From Bacilli bacterium (GTDB taxonomy: Bacteria; Bacillota_I; Bacilli_A; ML615J-28; CAG-698), in NCBI GenBank assembly GCA_918272565.1, contig CAKJYW010000003.1, positions 5,359 to 69,358 on the forward strand: DNA of 64,000 bases, read 5' to 3'. The notes under the pieces were generated by a model. The model saw only the letters and a program-made list of their open reading frames with translations. It was not told the DNA's origin and made no database searches. Position 1 is the stretch's first letter; the number at the start of each line of letters is the position of its first letter. Shown one piece after another: positions 1-8,604 of the stretch. The position numbers and the translations under genes were made by a program.

Positions 1-380
1 ATTACATTCTTATCAGATAATCCAAGTAGAGCTAGATTTATTGAATATAAACCTGTCATCGTTATGATACCTGATAGAATCATTGGAATTTTAAGTTTTG
101 TATGAAGTAAACCAGTAACAATTCCTCCTAAGGCACCAGCAACGCATGCAATTAATGTTGCTAAGATTGCAGGAACATTATAATAAATCAAAATACCTGC
201 AACACATGCACCCAAAGGAAATATACCTTCAATACTTAAATCAGCCGCATCTAATATACGATAAGAGATATGCACACCTAGTGTCATGATAGCCATTATT
301 AGGCCAATCTTGACTCCAGTAAGTGCTAAGTCAGCAATATTAACTGCTAAGAAAATATTGATTGACTCTAAGATTTGCAT
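1..380 (-). CDS. ABC transporter permease (5' part only; runs off the window)
   Basis: ATG at 380 overlaps the TAA of the upstream binding-protein gene (TAATG). Hydrophobic translation MQILESINIFLAVNIADLALTGVKIGLIMAIMTLGVHISYRILDAADLSIEGIFPLGA carries the DLS/TxEG motif typical of this permease family. Confidence 0.85.
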   Translation of the reverse strand, partial: MQILESINIFLAVNIADLALTGVKIGLIMAIMTLGVHISYRILDAADLSIEGIFPLGACVAGILIYYNVPAILATLIACVAGALGGIVTGLLHTKLKIPMILSGIITMTGLYSINLALLGLSDKNV

Positions 381-1360
381 TATTTCTTAGCCTTTGCCTT
401 TACAGTTTCAGGAATTGCTAAATCAAATTCTTCTACAGTTTCGAAGTTAACTTTGTAATCAGTGCTTGTGAAGTATTGAACGCTCATCTTAGAGATATCG
501 CCACCGTTAAGAACGTCAGCACCCATCTTACCAGTCATCTTACCTAATTCTAAGTAATTAACACTACCAACAGTGATTGTTCCACCATCATTTACTTGTC
601 CTTCTTCACCGCAGATTGTAATAACCTTAGCTTGATTACAAAGTGATGCAAGTAATGCCATTTGACTAGCTACATCATTATCTGTTGGAACGTATAATGC
701 ATCAATACCAGCACTAATTAAGCTTTTAACTACTTGTTCTAGGTCAGTTGAATTGGTACATGCCTTATCAACGATTTCAACACCGATTGATCTAGCTGCT
801 TCTTTTGCCATATTAAGTTGAATAATAGAGTTATTTTCACCAGCAGTATAAACGAAACCTAACTTTGTAGCTGCAGGGTTGATTTCTTTTAATAACTTAA
901 CTTGATCAGCAACAGGGTTAATATCACTTGTTCCACTAATGCATCCACCAGGAGTTTTAGCATCTTTAATGATGTTAGAAGCAACTGGGTCAGTTACAGC
1001 AGTAAATAATACAGGAACAGTTGATCCTTGTTTATCTAATTCATTTACTAATGCTTGAGCAACAGGAGTTGCGATTGCGAAAATCAAATCGCTCTTCTTA
1101 ACAGCAGTTTCACACATTTGAGCTAAAGTGTCAGCTTTTGCTTGAGGGTTGTAAACTGTGATTTCAACATTTTCCCCATCAACAAATCCTTGAGCTTTTA
1201 ATCCTTCGATAATACCGTCTTTAGCATTATCTAGGGCTGTTGCACTAACGTATTGGATAATAGAAATAACTTTCTTTTCTTTCTTTCCACATCCACCAAA
1301 TACAAATACACTTACTAAAACTAAGCATCCCACTAAAATTTTTCTAAATAGGTTTTTCAT
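380..1360 (-). CDS. ABC transporter substrate-binding lipoprotein, TrpX-like aromatic amino acid family (probably Tyr)
   Basis: Lipobox FGGC; motifs IATPVAQA, PVLFTAVTDPV, SGTSD, YVPTDN. Tyr-rich leader peptide upstream. Confidence 0.85.
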   Translation of the reverse strand: MKNLFRKILVGCLVLVSVFVFGGCGKKEKKVISIIQYVSATALDNAKDGIIEGLKAQGFVDGENVEITVYNPQAKADTLAQMCETAVKKSDLIFAIATPVAQALVNELDKQGSTVPVLFTAVTDPVASNIIKDAKTPGGCISGTSDINPVADQVKLLKEINPAATKLGFVYTAGENNSIIQLNMAKEAARSIGVEIVDKACTNSTDLEQVVKSLISAGIDALYVPTDNDVASQMALLASLCNQAKVITICGEEGQVNDGGTITVGSVNYLELGKMTGKMGADVLNGGDISKMSVQYFTSTDYKVNFETVEEFDLAIPETVKAKAKK

Positions 1361-1401
1361 TCTTCTTCCTCCTAATAAACCTTATAATTTTTTATAGAAT
1401 T

Positions 1402-1431
1402 AAAAAGGGCTACCGCTTTAAGCAATAGCCC
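1402..1431 (-). terminator. Attenuator terminator in the ABC operon leader
   Basis: Minus strand GGGCTATTGCT-TAA-AGCGGTAGCCC-TTTTT: 11-bp stem including G:U pairs, followed by a U-run. Confidence 0.8.
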
Positions 1432-1528
1432 ATATTCACTAGCTATTACTTAAAAACCCTATGGTGTGTAATAACTAGCGTTTATTATTAGTCTTTTCCA
1501 AGCAAAAAGGCCAAGATAATAATGTTAA

Positions 1529-1597
1529 TTAAAACACATTTTCCCTTGGATAATAAGCGTAGCTATAATATAAATAAGTTAAATTAATTACTAACAT
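1529..1597 (-). CDS. Tyr-rich leader peptide MLVINLTYLYYSYAYYPRENVF
   Basis: Hand-translated. Preceded by purine-rich AAGAAGGAAAAGGGA; 6 Tyr within 9 consecutive codons; alternative hairpins downstream. Confidence 0.75.
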   Translation of the reverse strand: MLVINLTYLYYSYAYYPRENVF

Positions 1598-1625
1598 ATA
1601 TTATTCCCTTTTCCTTCTTACGTTT

Positions 1626-1655
1626 ATTATAACAAGGTTGTTTTTTATTAATCAA
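1626..1655 (-). promoter_or_regulatory. SigA-type promoter for the leader peptide/ABC operon
   Basis: TTGATT-N18-TATAAT with extended -10 (TGtTATAAT). Confidence 0.6.
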
Positions 1656-1694
1656 TAAAAATCTAAATGTAAACGTTTTACACGTAACTTTTCT

Positions 1695-2918
1695 TTAGCA
1701 CTCAACTAGATAATAATTCTTCTTACCACGACGAATTACAATATATTTACCTTCAATGGCGGCGTCAACACCAATCATTTCATGGATATCGTTATGAACT
1801 ACACCATTGATTGTAACTCCTCCACCTTCAACAAACCTTCTAGCTTCACTCTTACTTGTAGCTGCACCAACCAAAACAAGCAAATCAACTAAATTAGTTT
1901 CGCCTTCTAGTTTAGTCTTTTCAAAATCACTAAATGCTTGTTCAATCTCTTTAGCATTAAGCTCATTTACTTTTCCACTAAACAATGCTTCACTAATTTT
2001 AACAGCTTCAAGATAAGCATCTTCTCCGTGAAGGAATTTAATAACTTCATGAGCCAAAGCCTTATGAGCTTCTCTTAAGTGAGGTTGTTCTAGATTCTTC
2101 TTTTCTAATTCTTCAATTTCTTCTTTAGATAAGAATGTTAAGAACTTCAAATAATCGATTACTTTAGTATCTTCAGTGTTAATGAAGAATTGATACATCT
2201 CATATGGAGATGTCTTTTCACTATCTAACCAAATAGCTTTTCCATTAGTCTTACCAAACTTTGTTCCATCGCTCTTTGTAAGTAGTGGCATAGTAAATGC
2301 ATAAGCTTCTTTTCCACTCTTTTTTCTAATTAGTTCAATACCAGCAGTAATATTACCCCATTGGTCTTGACCGGCAACTTGCAAAGTGACATTCTTATTC
2401 TCATTTAGCCACCAGAAGTCCATAGCTTGCATAATCATATAACTGAATTCAGTATATGTAATACCTTGATCAAGTCTACGAGCAACGATGTCTTTGCTTA
2501 ACATATAGTTAATATTAAAGAACTTTCCAAAATCACGTAAGAAATCAATGAAATTTAAATCCTTGCTCCAGTCATAATTATTAACTACTTCGCATCCAAA
2601 CAAATTAGTTAATTGTTCTTTTAAACATTTAAAGTTATGTTCAACAGTTTCATACTTAACCATTGGACGTTCACTATCTGGTTTAGGATCTCCGATTAAA
2701 CCTGTTGCTCCACCAACCAAAACGATTGGATTATGACCTGCATCCTTTAATCTCTTACAAATTAAGAAACTTGAGAAGTGACCAATGTGAAGTGAATCAC
2801 CAGTCGGGTCAGTTCCAATATAGAAAGTCATTCCACCTTTATTTAACTTTTCTCGTAATACAGGATCAGATACATCTTTAATTAATCCTCTCCACTCTAA
2901 TTCTTCATAAATACCCAT
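1695..2918 (-). CDS. tyrS: Tyrosine--tRNA ligase
   Basis: HIGH motif, GQDQWGNI, KFGKT, C-terminal S4-like domain ending RRGKKNY. Confidence 0.97.
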   Translation of the reverse strand: MGIYEELEWRGLIKDVSDPVLREKLNKGGMTFYIGTDPTGDSLHIGHFSSFLICKRLKDAGHNPIVLVGGATGLIGDPKPDSERPMVKYETVEHNFKCLKEQLTNLFGCEVVNNYDWSKDLNFIDFLRDFGKFFNINYMLSKDIVARRLDQGITYTEFSYMIMQAMDFWWLNENKNVTLQVAGQDQWGNITAGIELIRKKSGKEAYAFTMPLLTKSDGTKFGKTNGKAIWLDSEKTSPYEMYQFFINTEDTKVIDYLKFLTFLSKEEIEELEKKNLEQPHLREAHKALAHEVIKFLHGEDAYLEAVKISEALFSGKVNELNAKEIEQAFSDFEKTKLEGETNLVDLLVLVGAATSKSEARRFVEGGGVTINGVVHNDIHEMIGVDAAIEGKYIVIRRGKKNYYLVEC

Positions 2919-2944
2919 TTATATATCCTCCATTTCTTATAAAC

Positions 2945-3140
2945 AAAAAAGTCCTTAGATATAAATCTAAGGACGAAAATTTTATTTCGCGGTACCACCT
3001 TAGTTAAAACAAAGCAATGTTTGTTTTCACTTCATTAGTAAACAGCTCCTAAGTGTAATTCTAAAATATCATTGCTTTAGTTTCACCAACCCTAAAGTCT
3101 CTTTCATTCAATTAATATTTTATACTTCTTCTTATTCAAC
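2945..3140 (-). ncRNA. T-box riboswitch (Tyr specifier)
   Basis: T-box AGGTGGTACCGCG at 2988-3000; AGAGA and GGTGAA stem I elements; GAAT-TAC-AC specifier; terminator GTCCTTAGAT-TTAT-ATCTAAGGAC-TTTTTT. Confidence 0.92.
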
Positions 3141-3142
3141 GC

Positions 3143-4135
3143 CTATTTAGTTGATTCTCTCCAACAAATGTCATAAGCAAGTAATATCTTATTTGCTTTT
3201 CTATGATTAGCATTTTCATCTTTCATTAATTCTGTTAAATAACTCATAGCTTTATTACCCATTTCATAAATAGGAATTTCAGCACAAGTTAGTTTAGGAT
3301 TAGAAAGTAATGCATATCTTGTGTTTTGGAATCCAATTACTTGTAACATGTCAGGAACTTTAATTCCTTTTTTATTTGCTACATTCATAAGTGAAATTGC
3401 CATAGAGTCACGAACAACTAAAGCAACTTCTGGTTTGTTATTATCTAAATAATTAGAGAAGAACACTTCATTTTTGTCAATGTTGCCACTTGAGTAGATA
3501 ACTTCAGCCTCAAGTCCAGCTTCAGCCATTGCTCGTTTATATCCACGTTCTTTCATTTCATTTAGTGTATATTTATGTTCTGTTCCAACAAACACGATTT
3601 TCTTATTTCCACGACTAATCATTTCTTTTGTGATTGAATATGAACAATCTTCATAATCTACACATACACTACCAATAGTGTCTTTTTGACTTAATGAGTT
3701 AACAAACACAACAGGAACTGGAGTGTATTCAACTTGACGATAAGTCTCTTTAGTCATTTCATCATTCATAAATAAAATCCCATCTACGCTTGATGCAATT
3801 ACTTCTCCCCACAAATCTTCTTGAAGAAGTTGATTCTTATTTATAAATAATCTAATAGTATATCCATATTTTTTTGCGGCATCGTCGATTCCTTGAATCA
3901 TTTCGGCAACACTGGCACGTGAAAGTTCAGGAATAACAACAGCAACGGTTGTAGATTTACGACTTGCAAGACCACGTGCATTAGCGTTAGGTTTATAGCC
4001 TTTATCTTTGATTATCTTTAAAACTCTATTTCTTGTAGCTTCTTTTACTTTCTCAGGATGATTAAGTACTCTAGAAACTGTAGCTAGGCTAACACCAGCT
4101 GCTCCAGCAATATCATATATCTTAGTTTGATTCAT
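3143..4135 (-). CDS. ccpA: LacI-family regulator, CcpA-like
   Basis: N-terminal IYDIAGAAGVSLATVSRVLN and PNANARGLASRKSTTVAVVIP, close to CcpA. Confidence 0.75.
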   Translation of the reverse strand: MNQTKIYDIAGAAGVSLATVSRVLNHPEKVKEATRNRVLKIIKDKGYKPNANARGLASRKSTTVAVVIPELSRASVAEMIQGIDDAAKKYGYTIRLFINKNQLLQEDLWGEVIASSVDGILFMNDEMTKETYRQVEYTPVPVVFVNSLSQKDTIGSVCVDYEDCSYSITKEMISRGNKKIVFVGTEHKYTLNEMKERGYKRAMAEAGLEAEVIYSSGNIDKNEVFFSNYLDNNKPEVALVVRDSMAISLMNVANKKGIKVPDMLQVIGFQNTRYALLSNPKLTCAEIPIYEMGNKAMSYLTELMKDENANHRKANKILLAYDICWRESTK

Positions 4136-4216
4136 ATGCTTTCCTTCCTTTCATATTATTATTCTATCACACCCTATGAAAATTTGCAACAAATTTATGA
4201 AAACAAAGCAGAAAAT

Positions 4217-4249
4217 AAAAAGGGATATACATTTAAGTATATCCTCTTT
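4217..4249 (-). terminator. Intrinsic terminator after rplS
   Basis: GGATATAC/GTATATCC stem flanked by A/T runs. Confidence 0.7.
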
Positions 4250-4261
4250 ATCGATTTTAAG

Positions 4262-4609
4262 TTATCTACGTTCTTTAATACGAGCTGCCTTAGCAGATAA
4301 TCCACGAATGTAGTTAAGCTTAGCACGACGTACTTTACCTTTACGAACAACTTCAATCTTAGCAACGATAGGTGCATGGATTGGGAATGTTCTTTCAACG
4401 CCTACACCATTAGAGTTCTTTCTAACTGTGAATGTTTCGCTGATACCACTTCCGCGACGTTTAATAACTAAACCTTCAAAAATTTGAATACGATGAGTGT
4501 CACCTTCAATGATCTTTACGTGTACTTTAACAGTATCACCAGGACGAAATTCAGGAACATCACTCTTCATGTACTCACTTGTAATTTGGTTAAGTAATTG
4601 TTGACTCAT
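4262..4609 (-). CDS. rplS: 50S ribosomal protein L19
   Basis: [37 protein letters not shown]. Start MSQQ follows an AGAAGGAG RBS. Confidence 0.97.
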   Translation of the reverse strand: MSQQLLNQITSEYMKSDVPEFRPGDTVKVHVKIIEGDTHRIQIFEGLVIKRRGSGISETFTVRKNSNGVGVERTFPIHAPIVAKIEVVRKGKVRRAKLNYIRGLSAKAARIKERR

Positions 4610-4627
4610 TGTTTTCACGCTCCTTCT

Positions 4628-4672
4628 TCCAATGCTCATTCTTACCCACATCTTTTTGGTAACAGCGGAGCA
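4628..4672 (-). ncRNA. Probable L19 leader RNA
   Basis: CCGCTG...ATGAGCA elements around a TTACC/GGTAA hairpin directly upstream of rplS, resembling the Firmicutes L19 leader. Confidence 0.55.
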
Positions 4673-4702
4673 ATGTGATAGGTTATTTTCATAACCTTTT
4701 AT

Positions 4703-4731
4703 ATTATACTATTTTTCTTTTAAAAATGCAA
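4703..4731 (-). promoter_or_regulatory. SigA promoter of rplS
   Basis: TTGCAT-N17-TATAAT. Confidence 0.7.
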
Positions 4732-4760
4732 TACTTTTTTTAACATCCAGCCCCTTAAAA

Positions 4761-4840
4761 AGTATGGCAAAGTATGGCAAAGTATAACAAAGTATTGCAA
4801 AGTATGGCAAAGTATGGCAAAGTATGGCAAAGTATTGCAA
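4761..4840. repeat. Tandem array of 8 x 10 bp (AGTATGGCAA and variants)
   Basis: 5 copies of AGTATGGCAA, 2 of AGTATTGCAA and 1 of AGTATAACAA, contiguous. Confidence 0.97.
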
Positions 4841-4859
4841 ATTTTTAAGCTTTACCATT

Positions 4860-4935
4860 AAAATAATCTCACATTTCTGTGAGATTATTTGTTTTTCCCG
4901 TCTAATTCTTTTAATAATTTACTACTTATTTTTAA
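4860..4935 (-). repeat. Decayed direct-repeat copy of the trmD 3' end plus its hairpin
   Basis: The 30-bp palindrome AAATAATCTCAC-ATTTCT-GTGAGATTATTT is identical to 7852-7881. Adjacent sequence translates SKLLKELDGKNK*, versus SKLLKELEEENK* in TrmD. Confidence 0.9.
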
Positions 4936-4970
4936 TTATATCTCTTTTTCTTATTATTATTTTTGACAGT

Positions 4971-6341
4971 TTATTCTTGTGGAATTAAAAATAAAAGGTG
5001 TTTTGTCCCATTAATATGACCACATTTTGAGCAAACTTGATTTCCTCCGCTATAAACATAAGTATGTTGCTCTAAACCAACATAATCACATTTAGAGCAA
5101 TAAACAGAGTGAGATGTGTTGTTTAGAGAATTATATGACGCACTTGTGTGTGTTATAAGTTTTCTCCCACATGGGCACATACTTCCAGAGCATTTATTTG
5201 ACCCTGACCCTATTTGACAAGTGTAATTATCTGAATGAACATGCGAAGCACTTATATCAAAATAGTGGGCTACAGCATAGTAATACGGATTTATAGCCGA
5301 ATGGCAGTAGCCATTCCATCCAAAATGAGCAATAATGTCATTGTTTTCGTATCCATATACGACAACACTGTGCCCGTCTATTAATTCATCAAAATCATAA
5401 ATTCCAACTATTAATGGATAGCCAGCATCTATTGCATCTTTGCAAAATTTAGTTTTATTAACGTATAAATAAGATGCAGTAGTTACGCTTACAGATATAT
5501 TATATAAATCATCAAAGTAATCTTCAACGAAATTATCAATTTGGAAATAGTCTAGAACGCATTCATTATATGCTGTGTAACCAGCACCTCTTCCAAGATT
5601 TATTAAATATGAATGAAAATCATCATCTATCCCTGGTGAAATATCATAAGAAGACGTATCAAGTGAATAATAGTCGCTAAACACTTCACTATAACCTCTA
5701 TCATAATAATCATTAATTATATTGTCATTTAGAAACGTATCATAATAAGATAGAAGAATACCAACTGCGACATATGAACACGATTCAGCATAAGGATAAC
5801 CATTTGTGCCATAAAAAGTTGTGTCATTTTCAAAATAATATGCATCAGGAACATAGTTTGTGCTTCTAGTATTAGGTTGGTTTTTTTCTACATTTTTGCT
5901 TTGCAAAAATATTTCCTTGATTTCCGTTTCTTTTTCTATCAGACATTCTATAACTTCTTGATCTAATTCTTTATTACTAATTAAATCCTTAATAATGCCA
6001 TTGGTTTTATAAAAATAGTATGTTGGTCCTAAATAAAATTTCTCTTGAAATTCCACTTGACCATATGGATGACAGTCCTCTTTTGAATATTCAGTATATT
6101 CATTTGTATACAAATCATATATCAAATAACAATTGTTCCCTTTTACAAGAACATATCTTTCATTTCCACTGAGATCTTTTAAAAATTCATAATCAAACTC
6201 TTCAATTTGTAATTTAATTGCAACAGTTTCATATCAATCGCTTGGTAAATTGTCACTTCCCTCTGCTTTTGCTACTACAAATCCATAGCAATCAAACAAT
6301 AAAGCTAGTATACAAATGAAGAACAATCTTTTAATATGCAT
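4971..6341 (-). pseudogene. Secreted papain-like (C10/C39-like) cysteine peptidase gene interrupted by one in-frame TGA
   Basis: ATG at 6341 lies right after the upstream stop, encodes a signal peptide and is in frame with ORF 4971-6125. TGA at 6234-6236. Catalytic-like SCSYVAVGILL and GHSVVVYGY...HFGW; Cys/His-rich C-terminus. Confidence 0.65.
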
Positions 6342-6342
6342 A

Positions 6343-7269
6343 TTATCCTATCCCTTTCTTTTGATTTTCGTATTCTTTTATTCCCTCTTCATCAATGTAG
6401 CAAGTCTTACTTTTTCGTACTCCAAATTCACTTTCATCACCATAATAATATCCATATCTAAACAAACAATTAACATCAGCCTCCATTTCTTTTATATCAT
6501 ATTCTTCTTGAGTCCTTGCATAACCTATTTTCATATAAGAAATATCAACTAATATAGTCCCATAATATGAACCATAAATACCATCATAATCGGTGATTAT
6601 ATTTTCTATTTCCATACTTGAAACATTGTTTTGTTTCATCCAATCTTCCATATAATCCCGTATTGACTGAAGAGAGAAAGATAAATTGCTTTCAAATATA
6701 AATATTTTTTTACCTTTATATAAAATGGATGGGTCAAACCACTTTTTTATTTTACTTACTTTCACCGCATCATAGACAGGATAGCATACAATATATACCT
6801 CATCTTTACCATTTTTGATTCCTAAAGATATACTAAATCCAACATCATTGTATAAATCGTTTTGCTTTATTTCTTGTTCATACAATTTTAATTCTTCTTT
6901 ATCTTCATCTGATATAATATCTGTTTTATATAACATATTAATCTTTCCTAGACCTTTTTGCCTTGGCCCACAAGCAATAATAGTATCAAAATATTCGTAA
7001 TACTCTATCAAGTTATTATTATATATATTGTGATTTGGTGTATATTCACCTGTTTTATTCAAAGCTATTGAAGCACCTACAAATGATATTATTAATAACA
7101 TAGTATATATTATGGCACTTAACACTATTTTCTTTTTCTTCAAATTTATGAAACCATTCGAATCATAATCATCTATACCATTTGCAATATTTGATTTGAT
7201 AATTGATTTTATCTTTTCATATTCACAAATATAATAATTTTTATCGTTAATATATTTAATAATATCCAC
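6343..7269 (-). CDS. Single-pass membrane protein, putative anti-sigma factor
   Basis: Short N-terminal segment, KKKK plus one TM helix, large extracytoplasmic domain. Start overlaps the sigma gene stop. Confidence 0.5.
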   Translation of the reverse strand: MDIIKYINDKNYYICEYEKIKSIIKSNIANGIDDYDSNGFINLKKKKIVLSAIIYTMLLIISFVGASIALNKTGEYTPNHNIYNNNLIEYYEYFDTIIACGPRQKGLGKINMLYKTDIISDEDKEELKLYEQEIKQNDLYNDVGFSISLGIKNGKDEVYIVCYPVYDAVKVSKIKKWFDPSILYKGKKIFIFESNLSFSLQSIRDYMEDWMKQNNVSSMEIENIITDYDGIYGSYYGTILVDISYMKIGYARTQEEYDIKEMEADVNCLFRYGYYYGDESEFGVRKSKTCYIDEEGIKEYENQKKGIG

Positions 7270-7793
7270 TATCTCACCACCCCTTGAAATTTCTTTATCG
7301 CCCTTTGATAAATCGAGCTTGTTGTTGATATAGGTAGATGATATTTTTCCGCAATCTCCTTAAATGAATAATCATAGACAGCATGTAGTAAAATAATATT
7401 AATTTCTTTCGAATTCAATACTCTTTCCATATCATGTATCAAATCATAATATCCTCTATCGCTTTCTATTTGAGCGTCTTTCTTTATGTATTCATCATCG
7501 TATACTATATCAACATCACTATCCTTCTTTTTAATGAAGTTAATAGTCTCATTTTTAGCAATCTTAACAAGATATCCTTTTATGTTAGTTATATCTTTAT
7601 CAATGAAGACACTAGAAAATTTAATGAAACAGTCATCAATCAAATCTTCAACATCTTCCTTTCTTGATACATACTTACTAATAATATACCCAACAAGTCC
7701 CGAGTATTCATTGTAAATCTCATTAAAAATGCTTTCTAATTTTTCAACATTCCTCTTTTTCTTTGCATGCAAAAGTCTTTCTTCTAGGGTCAT
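7269..7793 (-). CDS. ECF-type RNA polymerase sigma factor
   Basis: Region 2 (DVEDLIDDCFIK...YLVKIAKN) and region 4 HTH (YSFKEIAEKYHLPISTT). GGAGGAG RBS before ATG 7793. Confidence 0.85.
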   Translation of the reverse strand: MTLEERLLHAKKKRNVEKLESIFNEIYNEYSGLVGYIISKYVSRKEDVEDLIDDCFIKFSSVFIDKDITNIKGYLVKIAKNETINFIKKKDSDVDIVYDDEYIKKDAQIESDRGYYDLIHDMERVLNSKEINIILLHAVYDYSFKEIAEKYHLPISTTSSIYQRAIKKFQGVVR

Positions 7794-7851
7794 ATATAAC
7801 TCCTCCAATAATATAGACAACTTTTTTGTATTTTTTTACGCATTAATACTA

Positions 7852-7881
7852 AAATAATCTCACATTTCTGTGAGATTATTT
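7852..7881. terminator. Hairpin overlapping the trmD stop
   Basis: 12-bp perfect inverted repeat with T-runs on both strands. Confidence 0.7.
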
Positions 7882-8604
7882 GTTTTCCTCTTCTAACTCT
7901 TTTAGTAATTTGCTGTCTTCTTTTGATAATTCCTTACCTATAAGTAAATCATGACGATATTTTTTAGTTAATCTTAGTGATTCTTTTCTTCTATATTTCC
8001 TTATATTTTCATGGTGCCCATTAACTAAGACACTTGGAACTTCGTGCCCTTCAAATTCTACAGGTCGAGTATATTGAGGATATTCAAGCAAATCACTAGA
8101 GAAGCTCTCGTCAACTGTTGATTCGCTGTTACCTAAAACATTAGGAATTAGCCTAATAATACTATCATAGATTGCTAGTGCCGCAATCTCTCCACCAGTT
8201 AAGATGTAATCACCAATTGATATTCCTTCATCTACATAATTCATTATACGATAATCTATTCCTTCATAGTGGCCACATATAATAATCAAGTGATCAATTT
8301 TGCTTAATTCTACTGCTTTCTTTTGATTATAAGTCTTAGCTTGTGCTGTAGTAATAACTTTATATGCTTTCTCATATCCAGGAATTGATCTTAAACAATC
8401 AACAACAGGTTGAACTTCGATTATCATTCCTGCTCCACCACCATAAGAATAATCATCTACTCGCTTATTTCCTTTTCTTGAAAACTCACGATAGTCATGA
8501 ATATAAACTTCAAACAACTTATTTTCTAGCGCTCTTTTAGATATTGATGAATTAATCACTCCATCAAACATCTCAGGGAATAATGTTAATATATCTATTC
8601 TCAT
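7876..8604 (-). CDS. trmD: tRNA (guanine37-N1)-methyltransferase
   Basis: MRIDILTLFPE, YGGGAGM, CGHYEGID, SIGDYILTGGE, LEYPQYTRP. Confidence 0.98.
   Translation of the reverse strand: MRIDILTLFPEMFDGVINSSISKRALENKLFEVYIHDYREFSRKGNKRVDDYSYGGGAGMIIEVQPVVDCLRSIPGYEKAYKVITTAQAKTYNQKKAVELSKIDHLIIICGHYEGIDYRIMNYVDEGISIGDYILTGGEIAALAIYDSIIRLIPNVLGNSESTVDESFSSDLLEYPQYTRPVEFEGHEVPSVLVNGHHENIRKYRRKESLRLTKKYRHDLLIGKELSKEDSKLLKELEEENK

Noticed and set aside
4761-4840. Repeat array as a CRISPR
   Set aside because: The units are 10 bp and contiguous, with no spacers and no cas genes.
6234-6236. TGA as selenocysteine
   Set aside because: It is not at a catalytic position, no convincing SECIS hairpin follows, and no sel genes are in view.
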